Shown: piece after piece, positions 34,569-48,300 of the stretch | How the letters are laid out: each line of letters starts with the position of its first letter | Position numbering within the stretch: the stretch's first letter is position 1 | Assembly (NCBI RefSeq): GCF_003704095.1 | Contig: NW_020846072.1 | Coordinates: 62,001 to 126,000, forward strand | Source: Pocillopora damicornis | Lineage: Eukaryota | Length of the DNA: 64,000 bases | Direction: 5' to 3' | Notes under the pieces: generated by a model | Databases searched by the model: none | What the model was told of the DNA's origin: nothing | The model's input: the letters and a program-made list of their open reading frames with translations, nothing else | Position numbers and translations under genes: made by a program

Positions 34569-35843
34569 TGTAGAGAAGACGACGATTTATTAGATACTCT
34601 ATTTTTGAAGATTCCACAGAGAAAATAATTTTTTTGTTCTATTTTCAATCAAATTCTGCATTGATTGCTCCTATCGAGACAAATAGTCTATGCAGTCAGA
34701 GGCCGGCAAGTTAATTTGTTAAGAATCGATTTTTCCTCAGTCATGACCAACTGTTTCTTGAAATGTGTTTTTTTTTCCGAGAAATTTGGCCTTTGAAGTG
34801 GGAGCTTGGTGTATCAGAGGATAGCTCTGTGTGGCACTTCCCGCTACGCAAGATTGTGCGTGACAAAATTAGACATTGACAAGTCTTGGGGGTGAGAGTT
34901 AAATTTTTGTTCCGCAAGAACCTGTCAAGGAACAAGGCTGGGGCGGGACATTCCACAGTGTAGGGCTTTGATGCATTTTACACGAGTCAGAGTTGATCAA
35001 GTACTGTCTGTCGGTCTTTTTTCCTATATTTATAGTCACAGAATTGACTGCTGGAAGGAAATGTAGGTGATCTTTAAAATACTTATAATTCCACAAATAA
35101 TAAGATATTTTAGGAAGGAATTATTCAAGCAAGTCTGTTTGCAAGTTGTTACAACACTTAACAGCATAGTTGCACCTTGCTATCTCAGACTTTCAACTTT
35201 TGTTTGTACGAATTATGTCTCCCAAGAATTGACTACAACTCATGTAGACTCTTACAACGTTATCATGCTTCAGGATAATGAGACGAAACTGTTCAAACAG
35301 ATCACGTCTAGTGCTGTCATGAGTGGTACCAAAATTTTAGAGAAGTTGAACTTTGAAACGAAAACGGGAACGCTTTGAACCCAGGACCACCCTTTCACTT
35401 GCTTGAGACACTTCATTTATGGAGTTTGTCGCTATTTTAAAACGAATCAATGTTAAGCTACAATAAACCCAACTTTGGTATGGCCAACTCATGATAAGCT
35501 CGAAGCTCAGTACTTAATGTGGAGGTTGATCTATTTTCACTGTAGTTACAGTACGTTTATATTTATAAATAATTGGTTTTATTGTATTAGGAGCTCGAAA
35601 GAAGAAACCCAGGTCTTCAACTAATGTACAGAATATTGTTTCAAAGAAGATTCTGTAATTTATAGAAATTCCCATTCGGCTCATTTTACGCAGCCTAGTT
35701 TTACGTCAATTACTTGAAATATTGTAGTGTGAACAATAGCATAATAAACCGGCTTCCAGGTCCACAAATTTTATGTGTCGTGGTATTGTAAGTTATCTTT
35801 GTAAAATTCATAAGTTAAGTGTAATTAAAATATAGTCCAAGTC

Positions 35844-37089
35844 CGTCAATTTTAACTCGTCCGTAAGTTTCTCATCCTTGGATTTGCCTCTCCAGTCGCT
35901 CACGAGAACAATTTGGTTTCCGTCTGGTTTCGGGCACTTCCTACCAATTTCTGACGCTTTCGTCCGTTTTCGGATGGTACCGTTCAATTTCGAACGTTTC
36001 CATATGGGGAGCCATTTGTGCTAAAACAGGAATCGCTAGTGATAAAACTCAATCGTAAGTGCTAAAAACGGTTGTCTGTTCAACGGTAGAATCAGTAATA
36101 AGTCGATGCCAGCACTAACGATTGACGTTTTGCGGTCGCGATTTCAATTTCAGTATCACAAACGATCGGTGGCAACACTGGCGATTGACATTGACTCAAG
36201 CGATGAGATTTAACATTATCGATTGATACTAAAAACCGGATGATATTTAGGGCTATCGATCTGCCTTTGTACTCTTTCCGATTTCGAAAATTTTCGTCCG
36301 ATCTTAGAAGGGATGAGCGAGTTGAACCGCGTTGTAGCTAACCCAAACCTGTACCTCTTACTTCCTGAGTTCGAGGTCCGCGACCCGTAAACTTCAATAC
36401 GGACCGAGTAAACGTATCTATGAGTTCAAACAGAGGACAGTGAGGAGAGAGATTTAAATCCAAACAAACCTTTGAATTTAGCAGGTCATGCAGTGAAATA
36501 CAGCCCACTAAATTGACCAATCATAGTGCAGATACTAACTAAGAGATATAGCCATGATATTTATCTGTTTTCCTCTACGAAATTTACTGAATCTCGCAAG
36601 AAATAAAATTTAGGAAAGAAGCTTCGCAGTGAATCATCCACCCCCACTTGGCATCATTTACCGTCAAAAGACATCGTTTAATGTTACAAGGCTTCGTTTA
36701 ATGTCACAAGGCTTCGTTTAATGTCACAAGGCTTCGTTTAATGTCACAAGGCTTCAGTCACCAAGATTAGACATTCGTAGTCGTCCCACATCATTCGCCG
36801 TCATTTAACAAAACTGGCCATTATTAGACATCATTCAGTGTCATTAGACATCGTTCAACTTCACTCACTATAATTTAACGTCACTAGGCGTCATCCATTT
36901 AAACAGTTTATCTAACATCATTTGGGCATCATTTGCCGTTCGGAACTGAACAGAACCGTCCGAAAGCGAACGAAAGCATCAGAAATCGGTAGGAAGTGCC
37001 CGAAACCAGACGGAAGCCAAATTGTTCTCGTGAGCGACTGGAAAGGCAAACCCAAGGATGAGAAACTTACGGACGAGTCAAAGTTGACG
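35844..37089. mobile_element. Foldback-type / non-autonomous DNA element with 153-bp inverted repeats
   Basis: 35844-35996 is the ungapped reverse complement of 36937-37089 at roughly 90% identity by eye. No transposase inside and no clear TSD. Confidence 0.75.
36652..36900. repeat. 20-bp minisatellite inside the foldback element
   Basis: tcgtttaatgtcacaaggct x4 nearly perfect (36674-36755), flanked by degenerate catcatt.../catcgtt... units. Confidence 0.9.
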
Positions 37090-37683
37090 ATTGACGAACA
37101 TTTCACATTTCCTTTTCGCTCATAAAACATACCATTCAGAATACATAATACATTCATTTTGGCAAAGAAAAAAAAACAATCCCTTACCAGGAGGCATAAA
37201 TATATATTATAACACTTTGAAGCTTAAGGCTTTACCAAGACTAAAACAGGAAAAATTTTTTTTTTTTGTTTTTTGTGCGCAATATTTGTCAAAATTCTCT
37301 AGTGCTCTTTATCTATTTTTTTCTTTCAATAATTGGACAGACATAAACTACGTCACAGCGCCCGCGCGGATCTTCGAGCAAAATTTCACCAAATCGCATG
37401 GTAGCATTCTCAGTTCCGTATAAAGCAGGCTGTGGTCTTACAAAACTTAAGTCATCAACAATCATCGTATAATTCATTGCATATGGCAGCCGACTAACAT
37501 TTACATTTTGTGCAAGAATCAGTTAGTTTTTAATTTTGGATGTCATGTATGCTCGTGTGAAATGTCTTGCAACTTTCTGTGACGCTTACACAAATTATTT
37601 AGCTCTAGATAGCTATCCGCTGAGTATCCCCATACTCCACCAGCTTTTATATTTTTACGATTTCCAAAAGAGGAAAGGGGATC

Positions 37684-40600
37684 ATGATTCTGTTGAACAT
37701 TTGTTGCATCGTGGCCTTTTTGATCGTCATTTGTGAGGTATCTTCTTCGTTTAAAATTCAGTGTAGCTTCTCATACGCGCCTTTATATATCGTAAAGTTA
37801 TTTCACTCCACAATGTAAATTTTTATCGTAAGGAAATTGTTACGAAACAAGTCTGGTCAGGGGTGAAGGAAATTATTCAAACACAAGAAATATGAAGTTT
37901 AGATAGTTTAGTTCCTAAAAGTGACTTCTAGAATTTTACTAATTCATCGTATTAATTGTGAGTTGTTTTCGTCTTGTTGTAGGCACAACATGACGATGTA
38001 AGATGCAAGTGTGTATGTCCCAAAGAAATCAACAGAACAAAGAATGTATTTTAATTGCGAGGTATTTTCGTCCTGTTGTAGGCACAGTATGACGATGTAA
38101 GATGCAAGTGTGTATGTCCCAAAGAAATCAACAGAACGAAGAATGTATTTGTCAAAACTGTGGAGCCAGAGGATTGGTAAGTTTTTGTTGAAATTGAAAC
38201 ACTATGCAGCGGAGACAGTTTAATAAGACACGTTCTGCTCGTACTCCGAATGAACGGTAACCGAAAGTAAACTTGGAAAAATATGTTTCATTTGATGTGT
38301 GGGCAGCAGAGCACAGCTAGAATTCTGATACGACACCTGGCAAAAGCAGTGTTGTAGCAGCTTTGAAAGGATGAGCTGTAAATTAAGCTTAGATTTGTGG
38401 CGTACTACTTTTCCAGTGAGAGCTGAAATTGATTCACAAGACTAACATTGAAAAGAAAAAGAATCAAAAGAAAGAAATACAAAAACCTTACACAATGTAT
38501 ACGATGGTTTAGCACATAAAATGCACTGATAGTTTGGGAGTTGGGTAAAGGTAAGGAAAAATATGAGCAATGAGCTGAATGTCTTCTTCTTTTATGTGGT
38601 AAACCATGGAATTTTAAAGGGATTTATTCCCGTTAAAATCCTGAATATTGAGAAAACACTGCCTTGAAAACTGAACCATCTACTGAGGGGGTTATTGAGA
38701 GCCTTTCATGTTCTATAGTTGACATGACCAAGTTGTTGTCTGGGGGTGCCTCATTTTTAGAATTTACTGACTTCTTGAAACTGGCTGGTATATGTGGTAA
38801 CTAAATTTGTAAAACATGGGTTTTAGTTTATGGGGTGAAGAGAGGTGTTAATGTTTAACCTCACCCCATCTTAATCATCCCTTGATCAAGTACTTCCATG
38901 TATAATATACCTGTGGCTATCTACTGAGGGAGAGTTAGCTGCAGAAATAAATTTTGGGTCTAAGGGTACTCACTTATCAATTTATTAATTCAGGATAATT
39001 ATAGTAGCCATAGAGATGTATCTCTAGATTCAGGTTATTTTGTGGTGTAATCATATGGCTTCTGACTATTACAGCAACAATTATTTGCATTTTGATGTTT
39101 TTTTTTTCTTGCAGCAATTGTGGAAAAGTTGTGCAAGGAGATGAGAAGTACTGCTTAAGATGCCGTTGTGAGTATGAAGCCAGGAACACGACTCTCATCA
39201 AGGTATAAATATTAATATGGTTACAGGAGATGTCTGCTTAAACATATTGGTGAACTTGACATTTCTAAGAAAGCTTCCTTATTAAGTGTTAAACCCAGTC
39301 AAGCCACTACTTTTTGAGTTTTTGGATACATTTGTCTTGTCCAATTTTTGTCACCTTAATTTAAACTTGATATTCCTTTTCAATGCTGCAAATATTTCCT
39401 TCCTTGATTTTTTTACTCTGTTTTCTTCTCCTTCATCAGATCTCTAGACTGCCTAATTTTTTAGCAGTATATAGTGATGTAGCTTGATTTAAATTTATCA
39501 GCAAACTCCTTTCTCTGTAGGTTACTCTGATTAGTTTGCCCATGTGTCCTGCTTAGGCTCCAAAACAGTTATTCTAAATACCAAATCACTTTCAGCTAGG
39601 TAGTAGCAAACCTTTTCTTAGATACATTCAACTATAAAATTTGTCAAAACATAGTATTTGCTGTANNNNNNNNNNNNNNNNNNNNNNNNNNNNNNNNNNN
39701 NNNNNNNNNNNNNNNNNNNNNNNNNNNNNNNNNNNNNNNNNNNNNNNNNNNNNNNNNNNNNNNNNNNNNNNNNNNNNNNNNNNNNNNNNNNNNNNNNNNN
39801 NNNNNNNNNNNNNNNNNNNNAAGGAAGAGGCTCAAATAAGTAATGTGTTTCAGAATGCTGTGATCTCACTGGTAATGTGTCTGCTGTTTTGTGGTTGTTT
39901 TGTCTTTATTTGGTATTGGGAAATGCTTGAAAAGAATATAGAGTAATTTATTGATCTACCCTGGTATTAATTTCTTTGCACGGTTTATTGCTTTCACCTT
40001 CAGGGATGTGATTAGAACTGATGTCTTATTAATAAGAAGAAAGTTACTGAGCCTGATATAAGTTGATATTCACCATAAAGCCATGTTGATGCATTGAGGT
40101 TGTTCTCCCACCATACAAACGTGAAACAAATAAGTAATATGGTACAGGACTTGTGACTGTAACCATGAAAAGCTAAAAACAGGGCGAGTTCAAATTTTAT
40201 GAGCAGCAAATGCAATTAAGTGTAAGACAAAGATCAACCTCCAGCATGGAAAACAATAGGTAAAGACTTAACTGATGCTTACCTAGAACAGGAAATGTGA
40301 ATTAAAGGGAGGGTAAATACATTTGGAAAACATTTCACGTGACTTGCTTTCATGAATCAGAGAAAGGTACTTTGAGAGTAGAGTGTCTAGCTCAAGAACA
40401 AAATATAATGGTGAGGGCCAGTAGGCCTGATTATGAGGGTAAATGAAATGTAGGCAAGGTTAAAGCCAAGTCAATACATTGACTTCACCTGTGAGATAAT
40501 ACAATAATAATAATGATGATGATGATAATAATAATTGTAATAATAATAATAAGAATGATAACAATTATAGTTATTCAGTTTATTTAAAAAGGGTGGCACT

Positions 40601-42080
40601 GAAGAGTTAAAATAGCTTATAAACTTGTGGCCCTCTATCTAAAATACAACTTACAGAACTTACTAGATACTACTTGTATGTGTACACAACTTGTACATAA
40701 AAATTAAGAGGTAATGATAAATTGAATGTTGAACTATGAAATGTCTGTCTATGCCAACATCAAACTACAAAAAAATTAACATCTCTAAAATCATAACAAA
40801 AATACAATACTCATTATTATAGGTGTATTAATAAAGTATAAAGTGTTGTAGTTTCTAAAGTCTCTATAAGAGAGTCCTAGGGTGGTTTGCAGGAGCATTG
40901 TTATGTGCTTTTGTTCAATTTCCTGTGCTGCTTTTCTTGCTTTGTCTCCCTCTCTCCTCTTACTTTTGGGTTAGTACTCATTCACACACTGTTCTCCAGG
41001 TTTTGTTTAGACAGACACCTTGGGGTGGGCTGTGGCAGGAGTGGAGGGTATTGCTGCCCCCTGTTATTATTTATTACTTTAAGGCACCAATCCTACAATA
41101 CCACTACCATGGTGTTTTAGTAGGCTCTTGTACTACAGATTTATATTCATAGCAAATTACTTGCAGTGTACTTACATTTTGGTATTTCTTCCATTCTTTC
41201 TGTTCAGCTTTTTTTTTTGTTCTGTATCTCTCTCCAGGTGGTGATCATATTCATTCTTGTTGTAATTGGAATTCTTTGTTTTTACCTGCTGTATTTGTTC
41301 ATTGATTCCAAGCGCAAGCCTGTTGAGTTAAGCGTCGCAGCTGATGAGGTAAGGTGTACTTTCTCAGTTTGTTTACCAAGCAAGCATTTTTACTAGTGTA
41401 TCGTTCGATACCAACCACACCCATACCTATCTACCTACCTACCTTCTTTCTGTACCTTGTGTCAAAGGCCTAAGATTGTTTGAATAGGACCTCAACATTC
41501 CCAAAATAGTTCTGACACAACCTCCTCTTCAGGGCACTTAAGTTTGAAACCAGAGGTTTCAAAGTCAAAATTAAAGTTTAAGGTAATATTTGAAATTACA
41601 GTTGTAATAAAAAGAAAATAAAAGTGATGAGGAAGCTCACGAGAAACCTTCAGGCTTTATAGCATTGAGCTCACTCGAAATTTCAGACCTATCATGATCA
41701 ATTATTAAAACTTCTTTTTTCGTATTGTTCGTTATTATTTCACTTCACGTATTTTTAGACAATGTGTCAAGGCTGTTATACCGAAAGTTTGTTTTGTGAC
41801 AGGCATGAGAAATCGATTGGCAGGCGTGGGCTTTCGAAAGATTGAAGTTGTCAGTGACCCTAGGCGTTAGAACTGACGGGTACACCTCCCCTCTCAGCCT
41901 CATTCTCGGTTGAAACTTCTGACGTGAAATTTCTCAATCTCACACTTATAGATACAAGAAACATTGCGTGGAAGAAGAGCGAGAAGTTTGAGAAATTTTG
42001 ACGAGAAGCTAGCAAAATGGAAGAAAACTGTTGCTGAGCAAAGAAGGAACATTTATGGGACGAGAACCATGCTAAGTTAG
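37684..42080 (+). CDS. TMEM9B: TMEM9/TMEM9B-family single-pass lysosomal/endosomal membrane protein, 5 exons, 158 aa
   Basis: Exons: 37684-37737 (signal peptide MILLNICCIVAFLIVICE), 38082-38176 (DDVRCKCVCP...EDC), 39115-39202 (NCGKVV...YCLRCRCEYEARNTTLIK), 41238-41348 (TM helix), 41952-42080 (KWKKTVAEQRRNIYGTRTMLS*). The Cys pattern and C-terminal WKxxVxEQRxxI/V motif match the family. Probably co-orthologous to vertebrate TMEM9 and TMEM9B. Confidence 0.92.
37953..38150 (+). repeat. 99-bp tandem duplication of the TMEM9 intron1/exon2 boundary
   Basis: Units start at 37953 and 38052 and differ by 7 substitutions. The upstream copy reads AQHDDVRCKCVCPKEINRTKNVF followed by TAA. Confidence 0.93.
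39666..39820. other. Assembly gap (155 N) within TMEM9 intron 3
   Basis: Run of N. Confidence 0.99.
40497..40570. repeat. (AAT/GAT)n microsatellite, possibly the tail of a truncated minus-strand LINE fragment (~40570-40870)
   Basis: aataataataatgatgatgatgataataataat..., with a minus-strand AATAAA adjacent at ~40579-40584. Confidence 0.65.
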
Positions 42081-45000
42081 ATGTAATGTAAAGAAAGCTT
42101 TCAGATGTGCCATTAGGATAAATGTAATGAAGTGGTCGCAGTTGGAGTGGCCATCCTGTTGAGGCACGCCTATCTCAAGCTCAGTTGCCAAAGTTTAAAT
42201 GTCTCATTCTCATCAGTGGCCAAACTGAACTTCTCCTTACAATTTCCATCTATTTGCAAGCAGAAAGCCAATGAGAAGTAACAAAAAATCAACGAGGGGA
42301 TATCGTATGATTTTACACCAATTCTCAAGTCTTGAATCATAAAAATGTAGGAACGATAATTTCAAGAACTGATAATATGTTGGGAGGGAAAGGGTTAAAA
42401 TACGAAGCGAGACGATACATTTTAACTGTTGCAAATATTGTTTTGTATTGTAAATAAAGGAATCTTTGGCTTTTGAATAAAAAGTAAGCACAAAATACCC
42501 GTGTGGGTTTTCAGGTATTCTGTATGGTATAACTGAAGAAGCACTCTTTCCATCTATTGTGTCCACAAAATACGCTGACATCTGACAAATGCATTTACTC
42601 CGCAGTTTCCTGATCACTGTTTGGAAGGCAAATTATGCTAACTGTGACGGAGAACAGCTCATATCAATGGTAACCCGTCTGTAGACCTGAATGACCTGAA
42701 TGGCCTGAAACCAATGATCATACGCAATGATTATATCAGTGCAGTACTGAGAATATAAATTATTAGTTCAGGTTATTTTCAGATGTGTTGTTAAACTTTA
42801 ATCCGACGACGACTTCTTTTGTATTCTTTATATGCTTCGTCCAGTACAGCGCCATTTGGAAACTTTAAGTATTCAACTGAAATGTCGATATGCAGAGATT
42901 CTTGAAATTCATATCTGGCTGAGATTGCGTGCTTTCTTAAACGAATCAAAAGTATTTCAACTCCTTAAACATAAACAAAGTGGAAGTTTAACATTACGCG
43001 ATAGCCGCCACTTTCTCTAAGTCAAATAGGTAGTACATCCAACAAGTCTCGGAACACTCCTTGCAGCACAACTTTTTTATCATTAGCAGACTAAGTGTTT
43101 TATCACGAAGCTCCGATGTATCACAGTTTCTATAAGATATTCACTGACCGAGTTCTGAACAACAAGCCCCAATTAGTTTGCAAAAGGACTTTGTTTGTCA
43201 AATATCTGGAATAGAAAATCCAGTTGTTGTCGTAAACACGATGGCATCAATGGAATAAGTTATTTGTTGTTGTTTTTTTTCATTTTACGTCAGGGGAGTA
43301 CTTTCTTTACCCTATGAGTATTGTTGGCCTCACGCTGTCCGAGCACTTGCTAAATCCGAACTCTGAACATGCCTAAGGGTTACAAGGTATATGAACTCTG
43401 AAAAAGAATTCGGGCGAAGTATTTGAAAATTTAAAGGTACGTGTTTTTTCTTTTGAAGACCATGAGTTAGATACAATGTGCGGCTGTTTCGTTTTGTTTT
43501 TTCTACCTCTTAAACTATAGGTTTATAGGAAATCTGCATGTGCATGTGCATGACTACTTCAAAAGACTTTACTACATGCTGTATAGGTACAGGCAGGTAT
43601 TGTAAAAAAAGTTTGCTCAGCTTTTTCATTAGTACACATTTCTTTTTCTGAGAATTTTGTTTATCCAGCCATGTGCGGAATTCTAATTTTTCAACCAAAT
43701 TTTGTTATTTTTTTAAATATTATTAGATCTCCAAGTATAAAATAATTACATCAAATCTTGCAGATGTATGGCACTTTAGTTTTTCTCTGATCCTCCTAAC
43801 ATTTTACCATGTGAAGGGACTGGTATTGGCTATAAAAGTATAGTCAAATTAAAGTTTTTTGCCTATGCATCAAGTTTTTGTTATAAAATATTGTATCCTT
43901 CATAAAACTAGTTTATCAGAATAAGAATGAGTTAATATGTTTTTAAAACCTTCAAGCAGTATCGTGACTGGCGATGCCGCAGAGACACCTGGGAAATTTG
44001 AGCCCACGTTGAACAGCAATGCGGCTATTCATTCAAAGATAAATTTGAGCGGCCATTTTGAAGTGTCATGAGAGGATTTCCTCGATCTTTTGGAATGGAG
44101 ATTCGATAGATGAAGATAAATACTTGGTATGCTTTATTTAAATTAACTAGCAAAGTTTTTCGTCCGTATAGTCATTAGAGATACGCTTAATCTAAGATGA
44201 ATAAGTTCGATACTCGTGTTCTACGTTTCTAAGTGCTTCAAAGTGCTGCTTTCGTATTCATCAAACTACGTAACAGCATCGTAAAGAGTAATTTCTCATA
44301 AGCTTTTTCTCGAGGAAATTTGCAAGTTCTTGCTCCACATTGAAAATAATGTTGGCGATATTCATCACTAGTAAACAAAGTCAACGACTTGTTCCTCTGA
44401 AACATTTTCAAGGAATTCTTGATTGCTCGCAATAATCTGAAGTTCGTCATGTTACAAACCTTTTTTATCACCGTTTTCAGCACTCCACTGGCTACTTTAC
44501 TTACGAGAGAAGCCCAGACGGTTACTGATACTGTTCAAGGTTAGATACAGTGAAGTAGAAAATGAGATGGTAACGAATGACGTCATTGAATCAACAGCTC
44601 TCGTCCTTAAATGGTCATCCTTTTAGGATCACTGCCTCGTAAGCGATGCCCAAGCTCGTCTCATTGTAGTACAAGTAAGTATTAAACAATTTCTTCTTTG
44701 GTATGTAGTTACTTACGTGTTACAACTGTACCTGTTGCATGTAAGGGTAAGACTACCTCTCTACCTGCTTTGTACGTAAAACGTTGAAGACATTTTGTAG
44801 AAATGATGGTGAAATTGCGACATAAAAAGTTGCGGGCAGGATAGCCTCATGTTACCCGCTTGGGCTGTCAATCAGATCACGAGATTCGCCCACTCTTGGG
44901 GCCAGCCATATGGTAGAAATCTTTATATTGCTGCGATGCTACAGCATTAATTACTCTGGCCCAGTGGAAGAGTTGAGCGCGGATGTTTTTGTTCTCATGG

Positions 45001-45138
45001 ATGGAAAGGGGTATTGTAAGAGGATAGTGTCTTGCTCATACCTCAGCCCAATTAGCCGCCTACGTCTGGATCCCAACTTGCACTCGAACCCAGGCTCCAG
45101 CGCTCTGGTATCCATTAGACCACCGGTGCTTATCTTAC

Positions 45139-45340
45139 TGAACCCTTTGACCCCGAGTGATTGGCATTTGATTTCTCCTTTCATCATCACCTTTGAATCA
45201 AATAAAAAGGTCATGAGAATATAGGAAATAGTCAGCAATTTAAGAAGCTCCTGATTGTTAAACAAATTCTCCTTGTCAGTACAAAAGGAAATGTAAAGAG
45301 AACGATCAGGTGGAGATGGATAAGGCTGGTTAAGATTGAA
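45139..45340. mobile_element. piggyBac-like MITE family copy
   Basis: Starts tgaaccctttgacccc. Contains aagctcctgattgttaaacaaattctccttgtcag, the reverse complement of the core in the 7429-7634 copy. Confidence 0.6.
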
Positions 45341-48300
45341 ACGGATTTCAAATAGTGAACTTGAAGAATTCTGGCTGAATTTTCACGATACGCGAACTGT
45401 GACTGCCAATGTTAGGGAAGAAATGGTTCTATTGCATCAGTCTTACGTAATTGGTGTCTGCAGTGCTTTTAGCAAGACCCGGAGCTCCGGCGGGTATTCG
45501 CCGAGTATTCGCTGGGTATACTTTGCCACGTCTAAGTTAAATTTACAGAACAAAAAGATGAATCAGTAATTAAAAGTAATAGTCAATTTAGCATTGGATC
45601 ATTCATCGTATCAATTTCTGTAGGCTTTGATTTTTAGATTCTAATTTCATTCTTTCACTAGCAGTTTTTTTTCTGCATGTTTTGCGTGTTCTTCATAAAT
45701 TTAGAAGTACATCGTCGGTTACTTATAATAATTTCTTTACAACTTTGTTTGTAACTAAAATCGTCAAAATAACTTTGAACAAATAAAACAACAGCAATTC
45801 TCTTCAACTGCTAGTTCGTAAATAACCTCGACGAGACGAGAATACTCCTGGAGTTTTTGCAATTAGTAAAACTCGTGGAATTCATTGCCGGATATCTTTA
45901 ATTTCACTCATTAAAAAAACCAAAGACAAAACACACAATATATTATTTTATATTGTTTTTGTAGACTGCCTAACTCGTATAAACATAAGTTTTGATAAAA
46001 ATGATCGATATTGTCTTATCATATACCTGGCGAAAAAAAATAATATTTTGAGTTTCCAAGAACAGACTGTCTCAAAATTCGGTTACCAGTAACCATATGT
46101 CTAGCAGAAGAACTGAAAAAAAAAAAAAACAGTATGTTGTGAATTTCCTGCCTTTCGTGCCTGCATGTCTTTATCTCTGACGTATGTGAGGTCTACATCG
46201 TTTTCTGTTGTAATCTTCAATTCTTTTCTTGCGTAATATCATACATTGTTTTATGAGCTTCAGTTTTTTTACGGTCTAAATACTAGTTTCAGACTTCCCC
46301 CGTATTCCGGTTCCTGCCCAACAATTTCGTTTCAATTTCCCCCATAGTAAGTATTTTAATCGCATTTCAGCCTTTACAGCTACTTTGGTTCCTCCAAGAA
46401 GTGTCTGTGCGCGCTATTCGTTTATTTAGTTGTTCCTTCAAAACAAGGGAAGTTTTCTTCAGGGAGTGATTGAAAACTCTTAATAGTTATTTAGTATTGG
46501 TAATATCAATCAAAACAGGAAGAAGCACTTATGATGCAGATTTCTGTGTAAACTTAATCAGGTGCAAAAAACTTGGTACGTTCTTGGTTTCACTCCCATT
46601 TTCAGCTAGGAGTTAGTGTTATAAAAATGAGCTGTCAAAAGGAATCAAAAGTTTTCTTCTCCAACTCTTTTAATTTACTTCTTTTCATGACACGTGATGA
46701 TTTGCTTGATGTCCGAGCCACATTGGTTAACCGCAATACTTGACGAAGCACGTGGGCGAAAGGATTAAGTACCATTTTGATGAGATTTTAAGTACAAAGT
46801 AAACTGATAAAGAGACCTAAACAGACTAAAAGAAAACCGCAAATGAGCTATCTGACACAATAACGACACTCAACTGAGTTGTGAGGGGTGTGTGTGGGTG
46901 GATCATTTCATGTGACGCTTCGAGAATATTCTAGTCATTGCATCGTGTCAAGTATTCTAATGGTTAGGAAAGGGCGATTTTTTTTGTTTGACGTCGTTTG
47001 TTTGTTCTCTGGCGTTAATTTTACACGTGCTTCTGGATATTTAAGCGGACGGATCATTTTGTTTAGGAGCGTATTGCATTCTTATTTTTGTAAGATACGT
47101 GGTTTGTAACTAGCTAAAAGATCATCACAGAACAACCGTCTGAGAAAGTGGATTAAAAATTTTTCTGGCAAATTGTAAGGTAGAGAACCAAAGCATAATC
47201 TTAAGAAACAGATAATTTAATGACCGAAAAAAACTCACCCAAAGGGGTATAATTACGGCGAGACCTTGTATGGTAGCTATGGTAATGCCTGGATTTGAGC
47301 TTATAATCTCAATTTGGCTTAAATAAAGTATGAGGGAATTTAAATGATTTAAGTGTTTATTTCTATGTGTCTTTTCAGTAGTCTATAGAAGTATTTGCTT
47401 ATCAACATCTCACCCCTCACAGTCTTTTGAGTACAACCATTAAGTATATTGCACCAGGCTCTGTTCAACAGTGCGTCTCAGTAGCCAGCACTCAACTTAA
47501 CATTTGACTGTAAAGCAACAATTTTGTGCCTAAACGACTCTTAGTTGTAAGTAAAATACGAAGTCCCCTAGTGGGCTTTAATCAAGCATATTTCTTTCAT
47601 AAAGATTTCTACTCTCCTGGATTGAAATTGGGGTAATGAATTTTCACTGCGATACGCTTGCGTGAACATCCGTAGCAAACATTAAATACTATACAAGTAT
47701 TCATGTATTGTTTTCCTTGGGATAACTTTTCACAGGAAACTGGACTCAATAGGAGATGAAGTGAAAAAAATTGGATGCCTTATTTCGTATTGGTTTTGTT
47801 CTATATTTTAAAATAAGCGACTGTCGCGTTCAAGGCTGTTACGCTCTGACTCCCCTTTGCTACTATATAAAAGTCTGCATCATAGTTTTGACGGCGTAAG
47901 AAAAACGCCTTCAGCGGTTCCCATCAGCGGGAATTAAAGTTACATAAACTTTGAATTTGTTCCCGTCTGATGGAGTTTTATACAAATGAATGCATTGTAT
48001 GGAATTGTTTGAAAGTTGATAACTCGTTCTTGTAGCCTTCCCACGCAAAGTATTTGTTTCACTTAATATAATGTCTTAAATGAGCTCTATAGGTTAGAAG
48101 AATCTTCGGCACTCACCGCAAACCACAAGAATTATTTATTGCATAATCCTTTGATTCAGATGGTCAACCGTCGAAGAGAATTCCCGGTGACCGCTTGCTT
48201 GTCGCGTTGCATGACTCTTTACAACACGCGTGGCGCGTACTTCGAATGGCGCTTACTTCAGGGGGGCGCGCGTGGGCGGCCGGAATCGCACGACACTCGC

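Noticed and set aside
36652-36900. CRISPR-like array
   Set aside because: Head-to-tail 20-bp units with no unique spacers, no cas genes, and a eukaryotic context; it is a minisatellite.
36918-37157. Overlapping ORFs on both strands
   Set aside because: They lie in the inverted-repeat arm of the foldback element and show no transposase motifs.
37738-38081. U12-type intron in TMEM9 (donor GTATCTTC)
   Set aside because: Differs from RTATCCTT, and there is no TCCTTAAC branch point near either acceptor.
39618-39946. ORFs spanning poly-X
   Set aside because: Artefacts of the N gap.
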